IMG/VR virus record: IMGVR_UViG_3300015607_004160
DNA from: a virus
Taxonomy: Duplodnaviria; Caudoviricetes
Length of the DNA: 64,000 nucleotides
Strand: one strand, 5' to 3'
Shown: positions 1 to 9,252 of the stretch, one piece after another
Layout: the number at the start of each line of letters is the position of its first letter
How positions within the stretch are numbered: the first letter of the stretch is position 1
The notes under the pieces: generated by a model
Seen by the model: only the letters and a program-made list of their open reading frames with translations
Databases searched by the model: none
Told to the model about the DNA's origin: nothing
Program-made: the position numbers and the translations under genes

Positions 1-431
1 GTAATGGAGTATCACCTAAAGAAATAATTGAGACATGGGGAGCTGATACTTGTCGTATGTATATAATATTTGCCGCACCACCTGAACAGGATATGGATTG
101 GTCTGATCAAAACATTGTTGGTTCTGCACGATTTATGAATAGGTTTTGGAGCGGACAATTCAGAAATGTAGAACATATTGTTGATAAAAAATCAGAAGAA
201 ATAGCTATTCAAAAGATAGAAATGATGAAGAAAAAAATAATTAATGTATATGAAAAAACATATAAATTCAATACAATAGTTGCAGGTGCAATGGAAGTTC
301 ATAATGCGATTAGTCGTCAAACAAATCCTGATATTTATAAAGAAGGCTATAGGGTTATAATCGAAGCAATTTCTCCGATATGTCCCCATATTTGTGAAGA
401 AATAAAACAATCGTTTATTAGAGAAAAATAA
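1..431 (+). CDS. leuS: Leucyl-tRNA synthetase, C-terminal part (5' end outside window)
   Basis: Frame open from window start: NGVSPKEIIETWGADTCRMYIIFAAPPEQDMDWS...FNTIVAGAME...PICPHICEE, the post-KMSKS and anticodon-binding region of class Ia LeuRS. Confidence 0.85.
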   Translation, partial: NGVSPKEIIETWGADTCRMYIIFAAPPEQDMDWSDQNIVGSARFMNRFWSGQFRNVEHIVDKKSEEIAIQKIEMMKKKIINVYEKTYKFNTIVAGAMEVHNAISRQTNPDIYKEGYRVIIEAISPICPHICEEIKQSFIREK

Positions 432-443
432 GTAAAAAAAAGC

Positions 444-473
444 TTGTAAATTCAGGATTTTTTCGTATCTTTG
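444..473 (+). promoter_or_regulatory. Bacteroidota-type housekeeping (early) promoter
   Basis: TTG(444)-N19-TATCTTTG(466-473); part of a 22-bp direct repeat TTCGTATCTTTGTGTAACAAAT at 462-483 and 597-618. Confidence 0.7.
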
Positions 474-576
474 TGTAACAAATGAGGTAGATATAGAGGA
501 TTGATACTTTCATAATTCATTGATAATCAATATGGTAAAAATCACATAACACGTTGATTATCAGACATAAAAAAGA

Positions 577-608
577 TTTGGTGAGTATCGAAACTATTCG
601 TATCTTTG
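577..608 (+). promoter_or_regulatory. Bacteroidota-type housekeeping (early) promoter
   Basis: TTTG(577-580)-N20-TATCTTTG(601-608), 40 nt upstream of the ATG at 648. Confidence 0.8.
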
Positions 609-647
609 TGTAACAAATCAATCAAAATCATCTAAAAACTTATTACT

Positions 648-1289
648 ATGGCAACAAAAAATCTCTTTGATAAAGCAAAAAAATCAGCAACTCCTAAGAC
701 TACAAAAGCGAAAGACGAGAAAGTTCGGGTTCGTGTGAAAGACGCTGACTTCTTTGAAAAAATCCAAACTCTTGAAACTCTTCAAGAAAATATGAAGCGG
801 GATAAGGCTCAGGCTGACATGATTGCCGATGAAATCAAGGAAATCGGTAAAGTAGAGTGGGCTAACGTGTATAACAAAACAGGCAAGAATCCTGGTTCGA
901 TTATGTTAGAAGCAAAAGATGGTGCTGACACTGCTCAAACTATGTTTGTTCCTTCTGACAAGTACATCACTATCAACGAAGATCGTGCTAACTACCTTGT
1001 TGAAACTTTTGGTGAAACTGCTGTTGAAGAAAAAACAACCTTCGCATTCGATAATGAAATGGTTGATAAATATGGTGAAGTTCTGTCTGGTCTGATTGAG
1101 TCTTGTGATGAAATCAGTGATGAAGATAAAGAAAAAATCATCAAAGCCGTTACTGCTTATTCTGTAGCGAAAGGTACAATCGACAAACTGAAAGACTACA
1201 GTGAAGATACCGATATGGAAATTGTAAGTATCGTTGAAGAAGTTAAGCCTGTAATCGCACTGAAAAATGTCGAAGTAATCAAGGGATAA
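648..1289 (+). CDS. Hypothetical protein, probably highly expressed early
   Basis: 213-aa ORF with strongly biased codon usage; tandem promoters upstream and terminator downstream. Confidence 0.85.
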   Translation: MATKNLFDKAKKSATPKTTKAKDEKVRVRVKDADFFEKIQTLETLQENMKRDKAQADMIADEIKEIGKVEWANVYNKTGKNPGSIMLEAKDGADTAQTMFVPSDKYITINEDRANYLVETFGETAVEEKTTFAFDNEMVDKYGEVLSGLIESCDEISDEDKEKIIKAVTAYSVAKGTIDKLKDYSEDTDMEIVSIVEEVKPVIALKNVEVIKG

Positions 1290-1301
1290 TAATAAATTTC
1301 T

Positions 1302-1323
1302 GGACTCAAATGAGTCCTTTTTT
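1302..1323 (+). terminator. Intrinsic terminator
   Basis: GGACTCA-aa-TGAGTCC followed by a T-run, right after the 648..1289 stop. Confidence 0.75.
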
Positions 1324-1342
1324 ATTTTATGAAAAAATAATT

Positions 1343-1372
1343 TTTGTAATAAAAAAACATTTTGTATATTTG
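1343..1372 (+). promoter_or_regulatory. Bacteroidota-type early promoter
   Basis: TTTG(1343)-N18-TATATTTG(1365-1372) upstream of the MoxR ATPase. Confidence 0.6.
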
Positions 1373-1392
1373 TATAAATAAATGAATTAAAT

Positions 1393-2520
1393 ATGAGTGA
1401 TATTTCAACAAAACTGGGAGTTCTTCCCGAAGATTTAGCAAGTAAGATGAACAATCTTACTGAACGCGAACGTCTTTACTTTCAAATTATGTGGCCTAAA
1501 TCAGGGGTACTTTATATTACCTCTAAACCAGGTATCGCTAAATCTGCTATCTCACGTTCAATCGCTGAGAAGATGGGTTTCCGGTACATGGATATTCGTC
1601 TTTCAATGGTTGATGAAACTGACGTAGGTCTTTATCCTTCTGTAAGTGATACTGCTGGTGTTAAATGTCTTGACTTCGTGGTTCCTCGTTGGGCTATTGA
1701 AGCGAACAAGCAACCAACAATTATTCACTTTGAAGAATTGAACCGTGCATCTCTTCCTGTAAGAAATGCCGCTCTTCAAATTCTTCTTGAACGTCAAATC
1801 GGTACCGAATTTAGGTTCAATGATACCGTATTAATGATGTCGTCTGGTAACTTGGGTGATGAAGATGGTACTGATGTCGAAGAATTTGACAACGCTCTTA
1901 ATAACCGTCTTATTCACTTCTCACATACTTTAGGTGCTGATGAATGGATTGATAATTTCGCTAAAGAAAGGGTACATAGCACTGTTGTTTCTTACATCAG
2001 AGCGTATCCTGAAAAGCTGTATCAAAATCCTACTGAAAACACTAAGGCTTATGCTACGCCTCGTTCATGGACTTTCTTGAGTGACTTTATCTGTAAGAAT
2101 TTCGGTAAGGATGCTTCTCCAAAAGTATTCCTTCCTGTTCTGAGAAATATCGCACACTCATTTATTGGTAACGGTGCTCAACGTTTCTTACAATACTGTG
2201 AAGAAATGATCAATATCACAATCCAAGATATTATCGACCGTTACGACGCAGTGGTAAAAGAGTTGGATAAATACAACCGTGATAAAAACTCCGAGTTGAT
2301 CCAATCTCTGAAGGAATACGATATCAAGAAGTTTACCGAAAAACAACTTGATAACGTCACTAAGTTCTTGAAAAGAGTGGGTGATGATGAACTGACAGCT
2401 TATCTGTTACACGTTTTGGATAACGTTCCTGACGTATCTGATCCGAAGATTAAGAAGTTTATGATTTCGTTCAAAGATGTTCTCGTTAATATCAAACGAA
2501 TCAACAAACCAACTAAATAA
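1393..2520 (+). CDS. MoxR-like AAA+ ATPase
   Basis: Walker A variant SKPGIAKS, Walker B variant IIHFEELNRA, NAALQILLER, ALNNR Arg finger, TPRSW sensor. Confidence 0.85.
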   Translation: MSDISTKLGVLPEDLASKMNNLTERERLYFQIMWPKSGVLYITSKPGIAKSAISRSIAEKMGFRYMDIRLSMVDETDVGLYPSVSDTAGVKCLDFVVPRWAIEANKQPTIIHFEELNRASLPVRNAALQILLERQIGTEFRFNDTVLMMSSGNLGDEDGTDVEEFDNALNNRLIHFSHTLGADEWIDNFAKERVHSTVVSYIRAYPEKLYQNPTENTKAYATPRSWTFLSDFICKNFGKDASPKVFLPVLRNIAHSFIGNGAQRFLQYCEEMINITIQDIIDRYDAVVKELDKYNRDKNSELIQSLKEYDIKKFTEKQLDNVTKFLKRVGDDELTAYLLHVLDNVPDVSDPKIKKFMISFKDVLVNIKRINKPTK

Positions 2521-2537
2521 TCTTTAGTTATAAGCTT

Positions 2538-2564
2538 AAACCCCTCTTCGGAGGGGTTTTTTTT
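2538..2564 (+). terminator. Intrinsic terminator with C(UUCG)G loop
   Basis: AAACCCCTC-TTCG-GAGGGGTTT followed by a T-run. Confidence 0.9.
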
Positions 2565-2565
2565 A

Positions 2566-2593
2566 TAAACATTATAACAAAACAAAGATATAA
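2566..2593 (+). promoter_or_regulatory. Putative middle-class promoter (TAAAC-N17-ATATAA)
   Basis: The same bipartite motif with 16-17 nt spacing recurs upstream of at least 9 genes. Confidence 0.55.
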
Positions 2594-2614
2594 TGAATAA
2601 AATTTCTTATATTT

Positions 2615-2875
2615 ATGACAATACAGATGAACATAAAAAATGAGTTAGGTGATTTTTACTCAGAAAAAATGCAAGTTACATCTGATCAATATATGGAGTT
2701 AGTGGAGGTGTCTAAGAAATTTTATATAGAAGAAGCAGGATTTGAGATGTGGTTAGAAAATGGTTTCATGGTAATGTCTTCTGATATGGCACGAAGAAGT
2801 ATATTATCAATAAATATATTAGAATACGATAAAGAAGAAGATGACAAACAAACAAACAATGAGGACAAGATTTAA
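2615..2875 (+). CDS. Hypothetical protein
   Basis: 86-aa ORF, first gene of the operon after the promoter. Confidence 0.7.
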   Translation: MTIQMNIKNELGDFYSEKMQVTSDQYMELVEVSKKFYIEEAGFEMWLENGFMVMSSDMARRSILSINILEYDKEEDDKQTNNEDKI

Positions 2876-3509
2876 AAAATTTGGTGGGGAGTTTATCCCT
2901 GATATAGTTGAGTACTTAAGATCTTATATAGAAAAGGATCCTAATGTAACTATTAGTGTTGGTTGCGACTCTATTCAGAGACGCAGAAAAACTGTCTACG
3001 CAGTCACTATTATGTTATATAATGGTGATATTAAAAATGGTGCTCACGTTATTTTCTTTAGAGAAAATCTTACTAAGGTAAGAGATAATTTTGATAGACT
3101 TCAAAAGGAATCAGAGTATGCTCTTTCTGTAGCCGAGATGCTTAATGAAGAACTTGAACCTTTCTTTGAAAGAAGAGACTTAGTTGATAAAGAAAGAAAA
3201 AGGTATAAGTTTCACATAGCTAAATGTGAAGGTAAATATGATTATGTTTCGTTACATAACGAAGATTCCTTTATTAATAACCTTCCTTTAAGTGAGGTTG
3301 AGAGAACTATGCCTTTCAAACTAGTAGATATTCATGTCGATTATAATCCATTTGAAGGACACATTGACAAGAAGGGTAATGCTAAGAACAAATCAAATAT
3401 GTCTTATAGATCTATGGTTCCTTGGTTAAGGAGCTTAGGTTACCGGGTATTTGCTAAGCCTTTAGGTTTTGCGAGCACAAGTGCTGCTGATTTATTATTA
3501 CAAGATTAA
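2859..3509 (+). CDS. RNase H-like YkuK/DUF458 family protein
   Basis: ISVGCDS, RLQKE, DIHVD and KP..FASTSAAD motifs; start moved to MRTRF. Confidence 0.75.
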   Translation: MRTRFKKFGGEFIPDIVEYLRSYIEKDPNVTISVGCDSIQRRRKTVYAVTIMLYNGDIKNGAHVIFFRENLTKVRDNFDRLQKESEYALSVAEMLNEELEPFFERRDLVDKERKRYKFHIAKCEGKYDYVSLHNEDSFINNLPLSEVERTMPFKLVDIHVDYNPFEGHIDKKGNAKNKSNMSYRSMVPWLRSLGYRVFAKPLGFASTSAADLLLQD

Positions 3510-3518
3510 ATATAAATA

Positions 3519-3713
3519 ATGTTTATTATAGGAAGCCATTCAACAATAGATAAAAAATTTGAATTTAGTAATGAATATGTTTCTATGCAAGTGGATTACG
3601 ATGATGTCAATCATATTGAAGTAGATGTTGCTATAGAGTACATAAAAGAAATTCTGGATAAAAACTGGAATAATAAACTATTCGAACAAAGGTTAAAAGA
3701 AAGAAATATATGA
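3519..3713 (+). CDS. Hypothetical protein
   Basis: 64-aa ORF with ATGA coupling to the next gene. Confidence 0.65.
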   Translation: MFIIGSHSTIDKKFEFSNEYVSMQVDYDDVNHIEVDVAIEYIKEILDKNWNNKLFEQRLKERNI

Positions 3714-4297
3714 AAAAAATTAAAGTAAAAATATTAGGACTATCATATAGTCAAAGTCAAATTGGATCATATGTATTGGTTCTTTCTGAAATTAAAGGTG
3801 AGAAGCGAAAACTTCCAATGATTATTAAGCCAAATGAAGCTCAATATATCGCACTTAAAATGGAGAATATAGAAACTCCTCGACCATTGACTCAAGATTT
3901 ATTTAAGTCGTTTACAGATTCTCTTGGTGCGGAAGTAAGTGAGGTTTATATACATGCTATTGTAGAAGGTATATTTTACGCTAAGGCTATATTAACTAAT
4001 GCAATAGATAGTTATGAAATCAATTGTGGAGTTGGTGATGCTATATCACTAGCACTTATTTACAAATGTCCAATTTTAGTTTCGTCAGCAGTTATGGGAT
4101 CCGCTGGTATCTATATGTCTGATGATGGTGAGATATCAAAAGAAAACCAAGAGAAGAATCATTCAGATAGAGAAATTACACCTGGCGTAACAATTGAAAA
4201 TCTTGAGAAAATGCTTGAAAAGGCAGTTGAAAATGAAGAATATGAAATTGCTACTCAATTAAGAGATAGAATTAATCAATTAAAGTCTGGGGTTTAA
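3710..4297 (+). CDS. Bifunctional nuclease (DUF151) with C-terminal UVR motif
   Basis: LSYSQSQIGSYVLVL, RKLPMII, PRPLTQDLF, GIFYA, DAISLAL; C-terminal AVENEEYEIATQLRDRI. Confidence 0.85.
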   Translation: MKKIKVKILGLSYSQSQIGSYVLVLSEIKGEKRKLPMIIKPNEAQYIALKMENIETPRPLTQDLFKSFTDSLGAEVSEVYIHAIVEGIFYAKAILTNAIDSYEINCGVGDAISLALIYKCPILVSSAVMGSAGIYMSDDGEISKENQEKNHSDREITPGVTIENLEKMLEKAVENEEYEIATQLRDRINQLKSGV

Positions 4298-4303
4298 TAT
4301 ATA
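4295..4303 (+). promoter_or_regulatory. Putative late promoter TAATATATA
   Basis: One of more than 20 copies found just upstream of start codons; analogous to the T4 late promoter TATAAATA. Confidence 0.6.
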
Positions 4304-4307
4304 GATT

Positions 4308-4808
4308 ATGGGACACAGAATTAAAAAATTTAACGAATTAACAAATGAGCTTCAAAAAACTATTAAAGAAGCCAAAGATAAATTGTTAAATGCTATTCTA
4401 ACTGATACAGAAATATCTAAAGTAGAAAAACTTTGTTTAATAAGTGAAAATGATCTATTTAAAACAAATAGTTGGATATGTGACCCATTTCATGATGAAT
4501 ATTTTAAAGAATATGAAAGTCAATTAGCTAAAAAGGGGGTAACAAATCCATGTATTGATAGTTGGGTGCATAATAGAGATCCCTTTTCCAACAATGGAAC
4601 CGTGCTATTCAGGTTTCTGCGACATGAAACTGTTAATTTAGCGGAAATACTTGAGTACATGGATGAAGATGATAATGATGAGTTAATTACCATTTACACG
4701 AATAGAAGAACAAGTGATACACTTAAAATATCAAAATATGAATTTGTAGATACTATCTATGATTGGTGTATAAAAAATAAGTGTATCGCATTTGAAATAG
4801 ATTGGTAA
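4308..4808 (+). CDS. Hypothetical protein with N-terminal RIKKFNE tag
   Basis: 166-aa ORF starting MGHRIKKFNE. Confidence 0.75.
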   Translation: MGHRIKKFNELTNELQKTIKEAKDKLLNAILTDTEISKVEKLCLISENDLFKTNSWICDPFHDEYFKEYESQLAKKGVTNPCIDSWVHNRDPFSNNGTVLFRFLRHETVNLAEILEYMDEDDNDELITIYTNRRTSDTLKISKYEFVDTIYDWCIKNKCIAFEIDW

Positions 4809-4868
4809 ATAAAATAAATCGCAACTTTTAATACCATTCTTTATATAATTAAAAATAATTGTATTATA

Positions 4869-5825
4869 GTGCGGATTAAAAAGTTCAATGAATCATACAA
4901 TAAAGATATTTCATATTACTTATCAAAATTTACAGAAGTACATGGTGATAAATATGACTATCCTGATGTAGAAAAATTTTTTAAAAATAGTCAGTCTAAA
5001 ATTAATATACATTGTAAAAAATGTGGTAATATATTTAATCAGTCTATATCACATCATATATGGTCTAAATCTGGATGTAGAAATTGCTATGGAAATGCTC
5101 CTAATACAATTGATAAAATACTAAATAGGTCAGAAAAAATACACGGAGTTGGTCGATATTCATATCCAAATATTACCAATGAAAAAATTTCAGCATTTAG
5201 TAAAATTACAATATTGTGTAATAACTGTGGTAATTTATTTAAACAATCCGTTGCTGCTCATCTAAATAAAAAAAATGGGTGTAATAGATGTGTTAAAAGT
5301 AAAGTAGAAAATCTAATAGAAAACTACCTAATATCAAATAACATTGAATATGTTTCACAACATACATTTGATGGATGTGTATATAAGAGAAACTTATATT
5401 TTGACTTCTTCATTCCTAAATATAATTTATGTATAGAGTATGATGGTGAACAACATTTCAAATCAAGAAGAGACAGAGGTAGTCATAGTTTAGAACTACA
5501 AAGTATTAAAGATAATATTAAGAATCAATTTTGTCTTAAAAATTCCATAAATTTAGAAAGAATTATATATACAGACAACCTTTCAAAAAAACTTAAGGAA
5601 ATTTTAAATAAATATGGGTGTAAAGAAATTAAAAGTCTAAATGATGTTTCTATTTTATTTAATAAAAAGGCATCAAAATTTTGTTCCAAGTGTAAAAAAG
5701 AAAAAATTCTAGATGACTTTAACAAATCATCTAGAATGATAGATGGGTATAAATCATATTGTAGAGAATGCTCATCTGAAATGGGCAAAAAATACTATGA
5801 TACAAAAAATAAAAATAAAAAATGA
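4869..5825 (+). CDS. Putative homing endonuclease (CxxC repeats plus PD-(D/E)xK/DUF559-like domain)
   Basis: Two HGxxYxY..CxxC..H..GCxxC repeats; FDFFIP..LCIEYDGEQH..D.IKNQFC nuclease motif; C-terminal CxxC..CxxC; GTG start. Confidence 0.75.
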   Translation: MRIKKFNESYNKDISYYLSKFTEVHGDKYDYPDVEKFFKNSQSKINIHCKKCGNIFNQSISHHIWSKSGCRNCYGNAPNTIDKILNRSEKIHGVGRYSYPNITNEKISAFSKITILCNNCGNLFKQSVAAHLNKKNGCNRCVKSKVENLIENYLISNNIEYVSQHTFDGCVYKRNLYFDFFIPKYNLCIEYDGEQHFKSRRDRGSHSLELQSIKDNIKNQFCLKNSINLERIIYTDNLSKKLKEILNKYGCKEIKSLNDVSILFNKKASKFCSKCKKEKILDDFNKSSRMIDGYKSYCRECSSEMGKKYYDTKNKNKK

Positions 5826-6640
5826 TTAGCTACATTGGTGGAAAAAGCAGAATAGCTCCACAATTAATAATACCAAATATACCTAGTGATATTGAAATAT
5901 ATGTTGAACCATTTTCGGGTATGTTTTGGACCTTTTTTAAAATGGATTTGTCCAAATTTAATAAGGTAAAGACGATAGTTTATAATGATTTTAACCCATT
6001 GAATGTAAATTTATTCAACTGTGTTAGAAATTATGATAAATTTCATAGTATACTCAAAGATTATAATTCTCAAGATAGAGAATTATTTAATATTTCACAA
6101 AAAGAGATATTTGATAAAGATATAATTTTGAATATGAATACCCCAGATTATCATATAGCATCAAAATATGCATTGGTGTTGTCTCAAGTTTTCTCTGGGA
6201 CAAATCCTGAGAAAGGTAAATTTATTGACCTAAAAGGTAAATATAAATCCAAATTCGACTCATTTAAAAACAAATTAACAAATCCAAAATGGCAGGCCTA
6301 TTTCGATAAAATAACTGTTGTTGAAAATATGGATTTTGAAGATGTTATTAAGAAATATGATTCAAAGAAATCTTATTTTTATTGTGATCCTCCTTACTAT
6401 AATACTGAAAATTACTACGCTAACCATGATTTTGGATTAGAAACTCATGAAAGATTAGCAAATTGTCTTACATCTATGAAAGGTAAATTTTCATTAAGTT
6501 ATTATGACTTTCCACAACTATCTGAATGGTTTCCAAAGGATGAATATACTTGGAAAGAAAGAGAGTTCGCTAAAGCAGCAATGGCTAAAGCTGGAAAAGC
6601 ACAAACTAAAGCAGTAGAGCTTCTTATAATGAACTATTAA
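5822..6640 (+). CDS. Dam-like (D12 class) DNA N6-adenine methyltransferase
   Basis: YIGGKSR, YVEPFSG, VYNDFN, YCDPPY, ELLIMNY. Confidence 0.9.
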   Translation: MISYIGGKSRIAPQLIIPNIPSDIEIYVEPFSGMFWTFFKMDLSKFNKVKTIVYNDFNPLNVNLFNCVRNYDKFHSILKDYNSQDRELFNISQKEIFDKDIILNMNTPDYHIASKYALVLSQVFSGTNPEKGKFIDLKGKYKSKFDSFKNKLTNPKWQAYFDKITVVENMDFEDVIKKYDSKKSYFYCDPPYYNTENYYANHDFGLETHERLANCLTSMKGKFSLSYYDFPQLSEWFPKDEYTWKEREFAKAAMAKAGKAQTKAVELLIMNY

Positions 6641-6641
6641 A

Positions 6642-6869
6642 ATGATACACTGTCATATTTGTTATACTGAAAATGTTGATCCAGAATGGGTTTGTGATAG
6701 ATGTGAACAACATTATTGTGAGGATTGTTCTTATACATTTAGTCTTCATTATCAACATCAGGGAAACAGGTGTTATCAATGTGCTGATCAAAGTAGAAGA
6801 GAAAAATTACCAAATATAGATATATTAAGGGATAGGAAAATAAAAATATGGGCAAACCTTTTTTTATAA
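6642..6869 (+). CDS. Small Cys-rich zinc-finger protein with RDxKI tag
   Basis: Four CxxC pairs; C-terminal LRDRKIKIW. Confidence 0.7.
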   Translation: MIHCHICYTENVDPEWVCDRCEQHYCEDCSYTFSLHYQHQGNRCYQCADQSRREKLPNIDILRDRKIKIWANLFL

Positions 6870-6884
6870 AAATTTTCAAAATCT

Positions 6885-7079
6885 ATGAAGATAAAAGATA
6901 TATTAAAAGGTATAAGAAATAAAAGGAATAGATTAAGAGTAGGATATGTTTATGCTCCTTATGTGACAGTTCAAAGTATATCGGTGATAACAAATTTTCC
7001 GAAAAAATCATTATCTTTGAAATATTCAACAAATGATATTAATTCAAACTACTTCTCAAAAATTACGATTGAAAAATGA
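6885..7079 (+). CDS. Small protein resembling the C-terminus of T4-like major capsid protein (gp23)
   Basis: GYVYAPYV...NFPKKSLSLKY...NSNYFSKITI resembles gp23 C-terminal GxxYAPY..F.P....RY....Y..I.V. Confidence 0.55.
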   Translation: MKIKDILKGIRNKRNRLRVGYVYAPYVTVQSISVITNFPKKSLSLKYSTNDINSNYFSKITIEK

Positions 7080-7324
7080 ATCTACTCTGTAAAATGGGAT
7101 ATCATAAGTGGAAATACGACACACAACGTATGGTAATAAATCCGATGGAGGGTGAAAACTGGGGATTGGATGATATTGAAATGGATTGTACTATTCGATT
7201 ATGTGATAAATGTTGTAAAAAAGAAATTAATCGATATAGAGGTGAATGGAGAAAAACAAAATTTTACACTAAAGAAGAAAAGAGAGATATGAAGTTAAAA
7301 ATTTTAATAGGAAAAGACGTATAA
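7076..7324 (+). CDS. Small Zn-binding protein with RDxKL tag
   Basis: LLCKMGYHKW...CDKC; C-terminal KRDMKLKILI. Confidence 0.7.
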   Translation: MNLLCKMGYHKWKYDTQRMVINPMEGENWGLDDIEMDCTIRLCDKCCKKEINRYRGEWRKTKFYTKEEKRDMKLKILIGKDV

Positions 7325-7356
7325 AAAATAAATAGATAAAATGAAAGTAAATCAAC

Positions 7357-7578
7357 ATGAAATTTAAACCAGGTGATTTAGTTATTAAAAATACTGGTGG
7401 TAATAAAATGAGAATAGTTGAGTGTAAAGACGACGGTACAGTTGACTGTGTTTGGGCGACAGAAAGTTTACATGAAGGACTATTCAATGAGAATGATTTA
7501 GTTTCTATGAATGATTATAAATCAGCTATCATAAACGAAAAACGTGATGATTTAATCAATACAATACTAGGTAAATAG
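7357..7578 (+). CDS. YodC/DUF2158-like protein with RD tag
   Basis: FKPGDLV...GGNKM....VDCVW...F.ENDL; C-terminal KRDDLINTIL. Confidence 0.7.
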   Translation: MKFKPGDLVIKNTGGNKMRIVECKDDGTVDCVWATESLHEGLFNENDLVSMNDYKSAIINEKRDDLINTILGK

Positions 7579-7602
7579 TTATCTAATATTATATTTTAAA
7601 GA

Positions 7603-8361
7603 TTAGTTACTCCAATTAAACTCCTTAGCAACTTTAGATAATTCACTATCTGGCTCGTATTCCAAGACGGAAAATTTTGGATTATAATATCCACAAATTT
7701 CAGATTTATCTTTAAAGAATAATTTATATAAACTATTCTTTTCATCCCATATAGAGTCGATATTATTATCACTTATAAATTTTTTAAAATCCTCACTGTT
7801 TATAAAATGACTACCAGATCTATATCTATCTATATACGATTCAGATATTATTTTTAACAATTTATTAGATGATTTTTTCATCATAGACTCTACTACCTGA
7901 TACTTTTCATAGGCTTCTTTAGAATCAATTTTACTTGTATGATTTTCTAAAAATATTTTCAAGCTTTCTTCATCATATCCCCATTTTTCTAAAATATTAT
8001 TGATTTTATTTTCTTCTTTAATATTTAAATCTTCTATATTGATTGATTCAATTTTTTCCTCAATGGATCTCCAATCCCTATTTGTTGATTTTAAAGATTC
8101 AAGTGCTTTCACAATATCTTTATTAGATTTTTGTGAAAGTAAGTCTGTTAAAGCTTCTACAAACATTTCTTTACCAACGATTCTAGTAGGAATCATAATC
8201 TCTGGTCTAGCAACACCAAATGAACGAATGCTTAAAAAATCATCCATCAATTTCATTATTGAATTTTTAAATTCATTAACTTCTAATTCTTCATTAGTTA
8301 TTTTTACTGGGACTGGCTCTTGTCCAACTTTTGCTCCCGATACGATTGTAAATTTCCTCAT
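7603..8361 (-). CDS. Hypothetical protein (late)
   Basis: 252-aa ORF; TAATATATA at 8366-8374. Confidence 0.75.
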   Translation of the reverse strand: MRKFTIVSGAKVGQEPVPVKITNEELEVNEFKNSIMKLMDDFLSIRSFGVARPEIMIPTRIVGKEMFVEALTDLLSQKSNKDIVKALESLKSTNRDWRSIEEKIESINIEDLNIKEENKINNILEKWGYDEESLKIFLENHTSKIDSKEAYEKYQVVESMMKKSSNKLLKIISESYIDRYRSGSHFINSEDFKKFISDNNIDSIWDEKNSLYKLFFKDKSEICGYYNPKFSVLEYEPDSELSKVAKEFNWSN

Positions 8362-8388
8362 GCCTTATATATTAAATTTAATTAATTA

Positions 8389-8412
8389 AAAATCCCCATT
8401 AAAGGGGATTTT
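8389..8412 (-). terminator. Intrinsic terminator
   Basis: AAAATCCCC-attaaa-GGGGATTTT directly after the Hc1-like gene. Confidence 0.75.
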
Positions 8413-8414
8413 AT

Positions 8415-8630
8415 TTAAAGTGTTTGTTTATAAGATTGAACATCATTTCGTATTGATTCAGATGTTCTCCTTAACATTTGCATTATTTTCCTAACTCTTG
8501 TTCCTGCAGTTCTATTTCCTTTCACAAAAAATCTTTCAAATTCTTCTTCCAACTTATATTTCTTACCGTCAATTTCCACTTCTTCAGTAATTATTTTCCT
8601 AAGTTCATCGTACTTATCCATGTAGTCCAT
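8415..8630 (-). CDS. Histone H1-like Hc1 family DNA-binding protein
   Basis: FERFFVKGNRTAGTRVRK matches the Bacteroidota Hc1-like KGNKAAGTRARK motif. Confidence 0.75.
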   Translation of the reverse strand: MDYMDKYDELRKIITEEVEIDGKKYKLEEEFERFFVKGNRTAGTRVRKIMQMLRRTSESIRNDVQSYKQTL

Positions 8631-8674
8631 ATAATTATTTTATTTTTATATATTGAAGATATAAATCTACCTAG

Positions 8675-9226
8675 TTATTTTTTAGTTGATTTAGTTGCTC
8701 TTTTCTTTGTTACTCCTCCGGCCTTTCTTTCTACTCCGACTCCTTTTGCTGCTGGTTTTTTAGCAGTTTTTCTTGCAACACTAGCCGCTTTCCTAGCCTC
8801 GACCTTGGCTGCACTAGACGCATTTACAGCCTTTTTAGTTTCTGCTTTTTTATTTATATCCTTTTCATTCTTCTTATATTCTTCTTGTTGATATTCTTCT
8901 TTTAGCTTTTTAGCCTGTTCTTCAGATAGCCCAATATACCAATATGGGATTGATTTATCCCACTTAGCAACTTTAACACTAATTGATTTTAAATCAACAT
9001 TTTTATCATTTTGTATATCAGTAAAGGCTTGACTAACAATTAAACTTGTATATTTAGATAAATAGTTTTTCATACCTGCAAGTGAGTATATTCCTCTTTC
9101 ATTTGCAATGCCTTTCATCTCAACATTCGGTCTTTTCTTGAACATCTCAAGTAATTCGTCTACAACCTCTTTTTTATTTGTTCTAGCCTCGTTTAATAAA
9201 AAATCGGAGAATTTTTGAACTTCCAT
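8675..9226 (-). CDS. Hypothetical protein with N-terminal tag and K/A-rich basic tail
   Basis: MEVQKFSDFLLNEA; C-terminal histone-like KKAV..ARKTAKKPAAK; late motif at 9247-9255. Confidence 0.75.
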   Translation of the reverse strand: MEVQKFSDFLLNEARTNKKEVVDELLEMFKKRPNVEMKGIANERGIYSLAGMKNYLSKYTSLIVSQAFTDIQNDKNVDLKSISVKVAKWDKSIPYWYIGLSEEQAKKLKEEYQQEEYKKNEKDINKKAETKKAVNASSAAKVEARKAASVARKTAKKPAAKGVGVERKAGGVTKKRATKSTKK

Positions 9227-9252
9227 AAAATAATTTTTATTTTCTTTATATA

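Noticed and set aside
462-618. 22-bp direct repeat as a CRISPR array or att site
   Set aside because: Only two copies, and both coincide with the TAnnTTTG promoter element.
906-1454. 182-aa antisense ORF
   Set aside because: Shadow of the codon-biased 648..1289 gene; F/I-rich, and it crosses a terminator and a promoter.
4200-4297. LRDRINQL as a member of the C-terminal RDxKI tag family
   Set aside because: It is the second helix of a canonical UVR motif, with spacing offset by one residue from the tag.
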